From Octopus sinensis (Eukaryota), in the NCBI RefSeq assembly GCF_006345805.1, contig NW_021824558.1, forward strand, positions 1 through 18,145: a stretch of DNA of 18,145 nucleotides, read 5' to 3'. A program made the translations under genes and the position numbers. Shown here piece by piece: positions 7,606 to 18,076 of the stretch (position 1 is its first letter; the number at the start of each line of letters is the position of its first letter). The notes under the pieces were generated by a model. It was not told the DNA's origin and made no database searches. It saw only the letters and a program-made list of their open reading frames with translations.

Positions 7606-8356
7606 ATGCACACACATGCACACATATGCACGACGGACGTCCACGCAATTTCTGTCTATCAAATTCTCTCACACGGCATTGGTCGGTCCGGGGCTAGGAA
7701 GGACTTGCTCTTGGTGCCACGCTGTGAGATTGAACCCGAAACCACGATGTCGCAAAGCGAACTAATTGTTCGTAATTTTGGCTGAATTCCAGCAAATTTT
7801 GAAAGAAGTGGGTAATTATACAGCTTCTGTAACGCTGGCAGAATCGTTAACATGCTGGACGAAATGCTTAGCAGTATTTCGCCCATCTTCGGTAGAATCT
7901 GAAGTATGAACGTAAAGATGGGCAAAATACTGCTAAGCATTTCGTCCAGCATGTTAACGATTCTGCCAGCGTTACAGAAGCTGTATAATTACCCACTTCT
8001 TTCAAAATTTGCTGGAATTCTGCCAAAATAACGGACTATTAGTTCGCTTTGCGACCTCGTGGTTTCGAGTCCAATCTCACAGCGAGGCACCAAGAGCAAG
8101 TCCTTCTTATAATAGCCCCGGGCCGACCAATGCCGTGTGAGAGAATTTGATAGACAGAAATTGCGTGGACGTCCGTCGTGCATATGTGTGCGTGTGTGTG
8201 TGTGGTGTGTGTGTGCATATTCTTTTGCTTCGGCCATTTGACTGCGGCCATGCTGGAGTACCGCTTTGAAGGGTTTTAGTAGAACAAATCGACCCCAGGA
8301 CTTATTCTTGAAGTCTAGTACTTATTCTGTCCGTCTCTTCTGCCGAATCGCTATGT
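7478..8356. repeat. Long inverted duplication: arms 7478-7889 and 7915-8356, 25-nt spacer
   Basis: The inner ~275 nt differ by about 10 substitutions and one indel (manual count), including a 96-nt perfect stretch (7925-8020 versus its mirror). The arms contain SINE C 3' half, SINE C 5' half, unique sequence and a SINE A head. Confidence 0.95.
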
Positions 8357-8479
8357 AGATAACATAAGTTGATTTCAGAGGATTTGAACTCGGAACGTAA
8401 AGAGCCGTAGATATAGTAAGGCTTTTGTCCTTTAATTTCAACGATTTTGTTTTAAATTAATATGAAGATAATGGCGAAG

Positions 8480-8739
8480 TTGCTGATGGTGATGATGGTG
8501 ATTGTGATCATAATGTGAAAGCTGGTGGTAGTGGTGGTGGTGGTGAGATAATGACAATACTAACGATGATGATGAGAATGATGGTGATGGCGGCCATGAT
8601 GATATCGACGACAACGACAAAGATGGGAATAATTAGAATGCTGCTGCTGCTACCGCTGCTGCTGATTTTTAACGTTGATACAAAATCACCAGAGTATAGC
8701 AAAAACAACAACAACAACCACCACCACCACCACCACCAC

Positions 8740-8770
<31 letters not shown>

Positions 8771-8800
8771 ACACAACCACCAGACCAGACCAAACCACAC
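8480..8800. repeat. Compound trinucleotide microsatellite (GAT/GGT, GCT, AAC/CAC)
   Basis: (AAC)5(CAC)8(AAC)8 within 8701-8770; degenerate GAT/GGT upstream. Confidence 0.9.
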
Positions 8801-9030
8801 CACACCAACAAAAACTCTCCTTCCTCCGCCAGCCACCACAACCCCGGCTCCACGAACCTCCCTAGTCTCCTCACCTCCATTTTTCTCCTCTCCATTAATC
8901 TACAAACAAACGATAACAATCGCAATATATTTATTTATTTTCTTCGTCTCTTCTCTTCAAAATAAAATTTTGAGGAAGTTTTCTTGAAAATGTTATTCTT
9001 TGAAATTTTTCTTTGAAAATGTATTTGTTT

Positions 9031-9044
9031 TATATATATATATA

Positions 9045-9095
<51 letters not shown>

Positions 9096-9135
9096 TTATG
9101 TATGTATGTAACTATGTATGTATATGTATGTATGT
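9031..9135. repeat. (AT)n followed by (TATG)n
   Basis: Direct reading. Confidence 0.93.
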
Positions 9136-9420
9136 AGTAATTATTTTTTCTTCTCAAAAATGTGATAAAGATATTTACTTAATTAAAGTTTTGCAGCTTT
9201 TTTCAGTTATCTTCCATATTTTCTTTGAATCCTTCTTCAATTTCTTTGTGTTTTTTTAGTCTTTTGTTTTGCATTTCCGTCACTCCCTAGATAGTATCTT
9301 CTGTACTAAATACGTCCATTTATTTATACATCCATATATGTATCCTCATATATATATATATACAGTCATATATCCATACATTCATGTTGCACGTTGCTGC
9401 AAAAACCAAGACAAGCAATC

Positions 9421-9960
9421 ACATACATACATAAATACAACATTACATACATACATACATAAATACATACATACTACATACATACATACATTACATTACA
9501 TAATACATACATACTACATACATACATACATACATACATACATACACAACATACTCACATACATACCATACCTACATACATACATACATACATACATACA
9601 TACATACATACATACATACATACATACATACATACATACATACATACATACATACATACATACATACATACATACATACATACATACATACATTACATAC
9701 ATACATACATCATACATACATACATACATACATACATACATACATACATACATACATACATACATTACATACATACAATACATACATACATACATACATA
9801 TACATACATACATACATACATACATACATACATAATAACATACATCATACATACATACATACATACATACATACATACATACAACATACATAAATACATA
9901 CATACATACTTACATACATACATACTACATACATACATACATACATACATACATACATAC
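9421..9960. repeat. Long (TACA)n microsatellite
   Basis: ~540 bp of CATA units with sparse interruptions. Confidence 0.97.
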
Positions 9961-10105
9961 GCGTATGAAGATACACATATGCTAATACACACAGATGCAT
10001 GCAAGCATACATACATAGATACATATAGACACACGCACATACCTGAACCAACGAGGAAGATTCACAGTAATTCTCGTTTTGAGTTCGTGGAACATAGAGG
10101 TAGGA

Positions 10106-10648
10106 AGAGAGAGAGAGAGAGGAGAGAGGGAGAAAGAGATGGAGAGTGAGACATTGAGAGGGAGAGAGAAGCATTGAGAGAGAGACATTGAAAGAGAGAG
10201 AAACTGAGAGAGACACCGAGAGAGAGACACCGAGAGAAAGAGACACTGTGAGAGAGAGAGACACACACTGAGAGAGAGAGAGACACACTGAGAGAGAGAG
10301 AGACACACTGAGAGAGAGAGACACACAGAGAGAGATACAGAGAGAGAGAGAAAGTCACTGAGAGACAGAGACACAGAGAGATACACTGAAAGAGAGAGAC
10401 AATGAGTGAGTGAGATACTGAATGAGAGAGACAGGCATATAGAGAGAGAGGGATAGAGAGAGAGAGGGATAGAGAGAGAGGGATAGAGAGAGGGAAAGAG
10501 AGAGAGAGGGATAGAGAGAGAGGGATAGAGAGAGGGATAGAGAGAGAGGAATAGAGAGAGGGAGAGATTGAGAGAGAGAAACACCGAGAGAGAGAAAGAG
10601 AGAGACATTGAGAGAGAGAGACAATGAGTGAATGAAACACTGAGTGAA

Positions 10649-10683
<35 letters not shown>

Positions 10684-10829
10684 CATTGAGAGAGAGGAAT
10701 AGAGAGAGAGGAATAGAGAGAGGGAGAGACTGAGAGAGAGAAACACCGAGAGAGAGAAAGAGAGAGACATTGAGAGAGAGAGACAATGAGTGAATGAAAC
10801 ACTGAGTGAAAGAGAGAGAGAGAGAGAAA

Positions 10830-10880
<51 letters not shown>

Positions 10881-10982
10881 CATCGAGAGAGAGAGACATC
10901 GAGAGAGAGAGAGAGAGACACTGAGAGAGAGACATTGAGAGAGAGAGAGAGAGAGGCATTGAGAGAGAGGCATTGAGAGAGA
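10106..10982. repeat. Degenerate (GA)n satellite with CAYYGA-type interruptions and a higher-order duplication
   Basis: AATGAGTGAATGAAACACTGAGTGAAAG recurs at 10623 and 10785 (period 162). Confidence 0.93.
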
Positions 10983-11490
10983 GAAAATTACTGGCGTATT
11001 TCATTGGAAAAAGTTTGAAAGAAATTCTAGGTTTCAAAGTCAATAATCTAGAAAGTAAAATAAAAAAAACAGTTACATGTTTAGTTTTGCTAATCATACA
11101 TGCGCGTGTGGGGTGGTGGTTGGTTGTATTCTTTGAGTGGTGTTTAGTACGGTCTTTTACATTCAGAGTTGTTCAAATCCTCTCGGCCACAAATTTGTCT
11201 TTTAATTCTTTTGCAATTGATAAAACAAAGTACCAGTTATTTTCTGGAGGCGACTATCTCCTTTCCCTCTCACTCAAATTCCCCTCTGCCTAAATTAGAA
11301 AACATGAATTCGGTTTTCGTGCCTGTCTCCAAATATGGTCAGGTATGTTGAGCAATGACAGAAAGAGAACAATCACAAATATAAGCGGAAAAAATAGGGT
11401 CCGCCTTGTGTCCAAGAGAGAAACGACTCTTATTATGATGATGTCCCCTCCTCCAAAATTTCAAGTCTTATAATTATAATAGAAAGGATG

Positions 11491-11536
<46 letters not shown>
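11491..11536. repeat. (ATT)n microsatellite, probably the tail of a decayed type-2 SINE A
   Basis: Follows CCCCTCCTCCAAAATTTCAAG..TAGAAAGGATG (tail-2-like). Confidence 0.85.
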
Positions 11537-11538
<2 letters not shown>

Positions 11539-11541
11539 ATT

Positions 11542-11778
11542 AAGGCGGCGAGCTGGCAGAAACGTTAGCACGCCAGGCGAAACGCTCAGCAGTATTTCGT
11601 CTGCCGCTACGTTCTGAGTTCAAATTCCGCCGTGGTCGACTTTGCCTTTCATCCTTTCGGGGTTGATTAAATAAGTACCAGTTACGCACTGGGGTCGATA
11701 TAATCGACTTAATCCGTTTGTCTGTCTTTGTTTGTCCCTTCTGTGTTTAGCCCCTTGTGGGTAGTAAAGAAATAGGTA
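11542..11778 (+). mobile_element. SINE family A, full length, tail type 1
   Basis: AAGGCGGCGAGCTGGCAGAAACGTTAG...GAGTTCAAATTCC...GTGGGTAGTAAAGAAATAGG. Confidence 0.92.
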
Positions 11779-11782
11779 ATTC

Positions 11783-11918
11783 GCGCGTCGCTACGTTCTG
11801 AGTTCAAATTCCGCGGAGGCCGACTTTGCCTTTCATCCTTTCGGGGTCGATAAATCAAGAACCAGCTGTGTACTAGGGTCGATGTAATTTCAGGCCTTGC
11901 GCCCATAGTAGAAAGGAT
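11783..11918 (+). mobile_element. SINE family A, 5'-truncated tandem copy, tail type 2
   Basis: Starts at GCTACGTTCTGAGTTCAAATTCC and ends GTAGAAAGGATC. Confidence 0.85.
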
Positions 11919-11940
11919 CATTATTGTCTTTATTATTATT

Positions 11941-12157
11941 AAGGCGGCGAGCTGGCAGAATCGTTAGAACGCCGGATAAAATGCTTAGCGGCTTTTGGTC
12001 CGTCGTTACGTTCTGATTTCAAATTCCACCGAGGTTAACTTTGCCTTTCATTCTCTCGGGGTCGATAAAATAAGTGCCAGTTAAACACTGAGGTCGATGT
12101 AATCGATTTTATCTCTCCCTACAAATTCCAGGCCTTATGCCGATTGTAGAAAGGATT
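11941..12157 (+). mobile_element. SINE family A, full length, tail type 2
   Basis: Head identical in layout to 11542; tail as in 4225. Confidence 0.9.
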
Positions 12158-12175
12158 TTTATTCTTATTATAGTA

Positions 12176-12410
12176 CCCGAGGATGCAAGGCCTAGTGGTT
12201 GGGGTCCTGGTCTCATGATCGTGAGATCGTGGTTTCAATTCATAGACCAGGTGGTACGTTGTGTTCTTAGGCAACACACTACATCTCACGTTGCTTTGCG
12301 ATCCCTTCGACACCTGACGCCTGGCACTCTGCGCATTTGTTTAGGCAACGTCGATTTGATGGAGGTGGTGAGCTAAGGTACAACACATGCGCTTGATCAC
12401 TATAAAGAAG
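12176..12410 (+). mobile_element. Diverged tRNA/CORE-type SINE (family B-like head, different 3' part)
   Basis: GGCCTAGTGGTTGGGG, CATGATCGTGAG, GGTTTCAATTC and GTTGTGTTCTTAGGCAACACAC parallel 221-547. The 3' boundary is approximate. Confidence 0.55.
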
Positions 12411-12773
12411 GTGGCAAACTAGCAGACTGCAGCATACATGTGATCACAAAAGCACAAATTTCACAACTTGCGAAGTAAACACAGCCATGTCATTAAGGTC
12501 ACTGCTAGCTCTCACTGAGCACACAACCACATGCTGCCATCTGTTGGGGCGCTACAGAACTAACCCGGCAACTTTTTGATAGCATCTCGTACACGAAACT
12601 TATGCTTACCATTTACTGTAACTGCCCCTTTTTAATAAATGAAATCGTCCACTCAAAATCCTTCTTAAACACTCTGTATCCTTTGCAAATATTGAAATTG
12701 CTCACGGCTAAATTAATTGAAATAAATAGAAAAAAAAAACGACAACAAAACATCTTCGTCAGTAACAACGATG

Positions 12774-12900
12774 AAAATCAATGAGTCTTAATCAATGCTC
12801 ATTGATTAATGAGCATTAATCGATAGATTAATGTTCAATCAATAATCGATAGATTATTTAATCGATAGATTAATGCAAAATCAATGAGCATTAATCGATA
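12774..12900. repeat. Short degenerate palindromic repeat cluster (AATCRAT units)
   Basis: AATCGATAGATT x3, AAAATCAATGAG x2, overlapping inverted repeats. Confidence 0.8.
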
Positions 12901-14193
12901 AACACATTTCAAAGTTTTCTGATAAAGTGAACAACAACAGAAAAAACAAAATCACAAGACGAAAGTAATATAGATACATTATTTGGAAAAAAGAAAATTA
13001 ATGACACTGTCTAAGTGATTAACGAGCAGTAGCAATTACCACAAGGTACTTGATCTGACTCTCCAGAATTTTTCCACTAATTTACCACCCTAGATCGGCG
13101 TTTTGTTTTTTCTAAAGGATGCTGGAAAGAAGAAAAGGTAAAATTTACTTCGATGGGATTGGAACTCAAATCGTAGAATCGGAAAAAAATATCACGCGGG
13201 ATTGTATCCAACGCTTTTATGACCGCTAATTAGCCACCTTGCTGCTTATTAGATTATTATTGAAGATTGGTTGTGGAAATGTTCGTTTGCATATATTTAT
13301 AGTGTAATTTCATTGTTCTTTTCTGTGTGGTTAAGTTTTGCATTCCGTACATGTGTTTACTAATTCAATGCAACAGATCAATACAGCTCTTTTCCAATTA
13401 CAATGGCTAAAAAATATGTTCATTGAATGAAAATTGTCAAGAGTGACAAACAGCCAAAATCTACATCAATGCAACAACCATAACATTTAAAGGCAGATTT
13501 ACACAACACATATAGTCATTCCACAGCATTTAGAGCAGAACATTCGATACATAAGGATATAAAGGGAAATAATAGAGCCATAAACCAAGTAACTCTAAGC
13601 AGTTCTACACGTTACATAAATGGTCCTAGGGCAAGACCCCTGTGCCTCGCAGAAACATAACAATTACGTAATAAATAATCTTGCTTAATGACAGAAAGAA
13701 AGTCATATTACGATACAGACACCAGAATAAATTCATTGTTAAAAGCTGCTCCAAACTACAAACAAAATGCACATACTTGACAATGCAACAGCAGCAGAAA
13801 ATATAATATGGAGAAAGGATACACAAGCCAGAACTAACGGAACAACATATTAGTTCACAAAAGAATATGGGTCCAAAGACACCAGATAAAGATGCTAACC
13901 CATATAGAGTATCAATTAACGATTTCTGTTACAATATAATAGCATGGTACAGGACATACGCCGTTGCAGTGCGTCACTGCAACCATTTGTCGGTAGCTGC
14001 TTAGGTCATCTGGCGTCAACCCCTTCAAGCAGTGTCCCTGTCAGTTCCCATCTCTGCGTATGCATCCTCATCAGCCGTGACCATCAAGAATATGGTCACT
14101 AACCCTAGCTGCCACCCCAGTCAGTGCATAGGATCCAAATCGGAAAATCGACCGAACACACTGAGCTGAAGTTTCTGAAAAGTAAGTAACATG

Positions 14194-14329
14194 ATCCCTA
14201 GCGTAGCTAGGGGCGGCACTTTTCATCCTGTTATAGGCTGTTGCTGTAGGCAATATGTGTTTTTGTGGGGTACGGGGGCGGCAAACGGAGGAGCTGGCCC
14301 GAGGGTCACACACTATCTACGCTAGTGAA
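14194..14329. mobile_element. Small MITE-like element
   Basis: Perfect 9-bp inverted ends CTAGCGTAG (14198-14206) / CTACGCTAG (14317-14325), extendable to 14/17. G/C-rich interior of the GCGTAGCTAGGGG type. Superfamily not established. Confidence 0.45.
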
Positions 14330-14403
14330 CAGGACACATCCCAGTTTCTAGGTATAGTCGTTGCCTGGATATGAAACCCCCACGATACAATAATGGATTA
14401 AAT

Positions 14404-14634
14404 CAGTGGTTTCCAACCATTCTTTTTTCTTCTGGATCCCTTAGATTTCCATTTTACTCTGGTGTACTACCCACTGCCGTTTGGTGTTTAAAAATCAATT
14501 TATTTTTATAACTGAGTATTACGAAGAATCGTATGAAAAACTTGTTAAAATATTTTGTGTAAAGTAGAAGTGGATCGAATTTATTGCACATCAGTTTTAA
14601 CAACGAAAATATGGAGCTCGGTCGAGAACCAACG
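14404..14634. mobile_element. Old hAT-like non-autonomous element
   Basis: Left end CAGTGGTTTCCAACC resembles hAT/Charlie TIRs; right end GGTCGAGAACCAACG matches its reverse complement at 10/15; flanks GATTAAAT / GATTGGAC match at 5/8 (possible decayed 8-bp TSD). Confidence 0.4.
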
Positions 14635-14987
14635 GATTGGACAGAACGACAACTCTGGCAACGTAGTATTTGATTGAAGTAATATACAGGTAGATAGGGG
14701 TAACTGCTGATCTGGCCAATAGTAAGGGATTAGGAAATGAACACCACGAGTAAAAGAGGTCAAAACAAGATACGAGAACGCGTTCGACAATCAGAAACAG
14801 ATAAGTAATGAATCGGTGAAGGAGAAGCCATAGAGAAGCGAGAGAATATATCTGCAAAACAAGATCAGATCAGACTTTGCTGTAGATTATCTGTATATCT
14901 TTAAATTAAATTAAATACTTTATCAATTCGGATTGAAGATTGGAAAAAAAACACAAAGTTGTTTCGCTAAATTCTTTATTAGCGCAT

Positions 14988-15337
14988 CCATGACAACGTG
15001 GTTAAGGAAATCACGTCTTAACCACATGGCTACGGGTTCAGTTCTACTGTGTGGCACATTGGACAAGTGTTTTTTACTATAGCCCCAGGCCAAACGATGC
15101 GCTATGACCATATTTGCTTGACGGATGATACTGTGTGGAAGTACGTTGTATATGTGTGCAACCACCGCTTGACAACCGATATTGGTTTGTTTACGTCCCT
15201 ATACCTTCGCAGTTCAGCAAAAGACTGGTAGAATAAGTACCAGACTTAAAAACAACCAAAAGGGCCGGTTTGTTCGACTCAACTTTTCAAGGTGGCGCCC
15301 CAGCTTGGCTGCTGTCCAATGATTGATAGACTAAAGA
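14988..15337 (+). mobile_element. Diverged full-length SINE family C
   Basis: AACCACATGG..GGGTTCAG, TGGCACATTGGACAAGTG, CCGCTTGACAACCGA, GAATAAGTAC and TTTGTTCGACT landmarks. Confidence 0.7.
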
Positions 15338-15427
15338 ATCTTTTTCGAAATTAATTGAAACCAAGTCAGCATATTTCAATAGAAGTTTAGTAACAAAACA
15401 AGAGGGAATACAGAACTGCAAGAATTT

Positions 15428-15505
15428 TCCACTGTAGCCTCAGGCCGACCAAAGCCCTGTGAGTAGATTTGGTTGACGGAAACTAAAGAAGCCCGTCATA
15501 TATTC

Positions 15506-15544
<39 letters not shown>

Positions 15545-15905
15545 CCTGTTATTACTATTATTGTTTTTTGTATTTATATTCGTGTGGCATCGTCCGTTTT
15601 TCTGACCTTGTTTCGTATACATTCGATCCTTTTTCCAAGAAATCTAATGCTCGTAGCTTAGTTTTTCCTTGGGGCTGGCCGGATCGGAGCGATCTCAAGA
15701 TTAATCAGCCGAAATTGCGAGGATGATCCGGTTCTTGACTGAAAATTGAGGCTTCGAATGTCCCGTCCGTGTTTTTTGTATCGTCTTCTAAATGTTTTGC
15801 GTTCTTGTCCTAGTTTGTATTTTTCTACATATAATATATATATATACTATGAGTGTGTGTGTGTGTATGTTTGTGCCTTCACCATCGTTTGGCAACCTAT
15901 GTATG
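15428..15905 (+). mobile_element. SINE family C fragment split by an insertion (15541-15828) in its internal (TA)n
   Basis: 15428-15500 matches 7242-7314; 15871-15900 (CCTTCACCATCGTTTGGCAACC) resembles the post-microsatellite part of family C. Confidence 0.6.
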
Positions 15906-16161
15906 TGTGTGTATATATATCATTCGTCTGGAGTCAAGATCTGATAGTGTTCCCATATCACTGCGTATGTGAAACAAAGCTTTCATTACCAGTATTAATT
16001 GGTCTACAATAATCAATATAAATTCAGCATAACTATTCTGATAAGTACAGAATATTTATTCCGTACCATAAATGCTTGTAAATGTCTGAACTGTTTTCTG
16101 CTAAGCTTGCTACATAAAGAAATAGCTTTGTTGTTCAAAAAGATTTTATTTTTACATTATC

Positions 16162-16333
16162 TGTATGTATGTATGTATGTATGTATGTATGTATGTATGT
16201 ATGTATGTATGTATGTCCATCCATCCTTCTACACATATATACATAGAGAGACATACACAGACATGTGTTAACGCATCCATGCACGCATGTAAATATATAT
16301 ACATTTACACGTGTACATACATACATACACACA

Positions 16334-16365
<32 letters not shown>

Positions 16366-16456
16366 CACAACACACATAATATATATATATATTGTGTGTG
16401 TGTGTGTACGTGTACATATTGATTATAAGTGTGTATGTACGCATATATATATATAT

Positions 16457-16487
<31 letters not shown>

Positions 16488-16653
16488 CATATACATTATA
16501 TATATATATATATGTGAGTGTGTGTGTGTACGTGTACATATTGATACATAAGTGTGTATGTACGCATATATATATATATATTATATATTATATATATGTG
16601 AGTGTGTGTGTGTGTGTACGTGTACATATTGATACATAAGTGTGTATGTACGC

Positions 16654-16684
<31 letters not shown>

Positions 16685-16800
16685 ATATATATATGTGTGT
16701 GTGTGTGTACATATTGATATATAAGTGTGTATGTACGTATATATATATATATATACATACGTATACACACACGCATAATAGCCATGTACGTGTATACATC
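16162..16800. repeat. Compound (TATG)n/(CATA)n/(AT)n/(GT)n block with four higher-order units
   Basis: GTACATATTGATNNATAAGTGTGTATGTACG recurs, with CATATTGAT at 16415, 16537, 16625 and 16710. Confidence 0.9.
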
Positions 16801-17660
16801 TATCCGTGTGTTGTACATATGTGGTTATATATATCTGTATATATAGAGAGTGTGATTATATGTATGTATATGTATACGTGTGTGTGTGTGTGTGAGAGTA
16901 ACACCACACAGATATATATAGCAATTTTCTTTTTGACGCACTCATGCAGATACACATACACACCAACCACACACACACATCCAATCCCGTTCTGCTTCTC
17001 CAAACCATCGCCCTAACTCCTTCTCTATCACTTTTACTCGCTTTTGCACCTTCTTCCTCTCTCCTTTCTATCACTCCTTCATTCCTTTCTACTCTCGCTA
17101 GTAAAATCGCTATTAACATTACAATTTATATCCACACACAAAAAAAAAAAATAAATAAAAAGAACCCCAAAACAAAAATATCCACATCTTTACTTCTTTA
17201 TTCTTTTTCTGATTTATATTTTTGTCTTTTGTCTGGCATTTTTATTTTTCCTAAAAAGCCATTCATTTCCCATGATTCTCTTGGCAGACGATAGAACCTA
17301 CTTGTTAATGGCGCTTCAATTGCAGGAAATTGAACGCTTTCTAGATCACTGGGTCTTTCTCCCTACCTCTCACGCCTTGTCTAACATTCACCTCCACTCT
17401 CTCTCTCTCATAGACATATAAATTTTCTGAGATTTTTCACAGCTCTCCCTCTTTCTTACGCTTTCCGCCTCCTCCTACCTCATCCTCTTAAAGTTTTCTC
17501 ACTCCTCCTCTCTCTCTCTCTTCCAAACCTTTCGTTCATCACTCTCTCCCACTTTCTCATATTTTGAACTCTTCCTCCTCCCTATCACATATTACTGATC
17601 TCTCGCTTTCTTATAATTTCTCCATTTGTATTTCTTTACAGCTAAATTTTCCTCGTCTAG

Positions 17661-17735
<75 letters not shown>

Positions 17736-17799
17736 GACTACTTATCTATCTATCTATCTATCTATCTGTCTATCTATCTTTCTGACTACTTATCTATTA

Positions 17800-17857
<58 letters not shown>

Positions 17858-18014
17858 GACTACTTATCTATCTATCTATCTATCTGTCTATCTATCTTCT
17901 GACTACTTATCTATCTATCTATCATATCTATCGTCGTCTGTCGTCTGTCATATATGTTCTATCTATCTATCTATCTATCTATCTATCGATCTATCTATCT
18001 ATCTATCTATGTTT

Positions 18015-18064
<50 letters not shown>

Positions 18065-18076
18065 ATCTATTATCTA
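17661..18076. repeat. (CTAT)n / (GATA)n microsatellite with recurring TCTGACTACTTAT interruptions
   Basis: Direct reading; the interruption motif occurs four times. Confidence 0.96.

Noticed and set aside
8438-8965. Poly-His/Asn/Thr/Val ORFs that resemble a transcription-factor low-complexity exon
   Set aside because: Open in several frames because triplet repeats lack stops; no domain or convincing splice sites.
10040-10105. Minus-strand CAG|GTATGT donor downstream of the long CT tract
   Set aside because: No YAG acceptor at a suitable position (the first AG is GAG), and the GTATGT derives from the adjacent microsatellite.
9269-11097. Long ORFs up to 371 aa (YIHT, MYVC, SLSL repeats)
   Set aside because: Translations of (TACA)n and (GA)n satellites.
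13940-14190. GC-richer Ser/Pro/Thr-coding-like stretch ending in AAA|GTAAGT on the plus strand
   Set aside because: The Ser/Pro/Thr-like frames contain stops before the donor, and nothing recognisable is encoded.
14597-14857. 86-aa minus-strand ORF preceded by a good acceptor (TCTTGTTTTGCAG)
   Set aside because: No recognisable protein, no clear donor, and it runs into the hAT-like end; cannot be distinguished from chance without RNA data.
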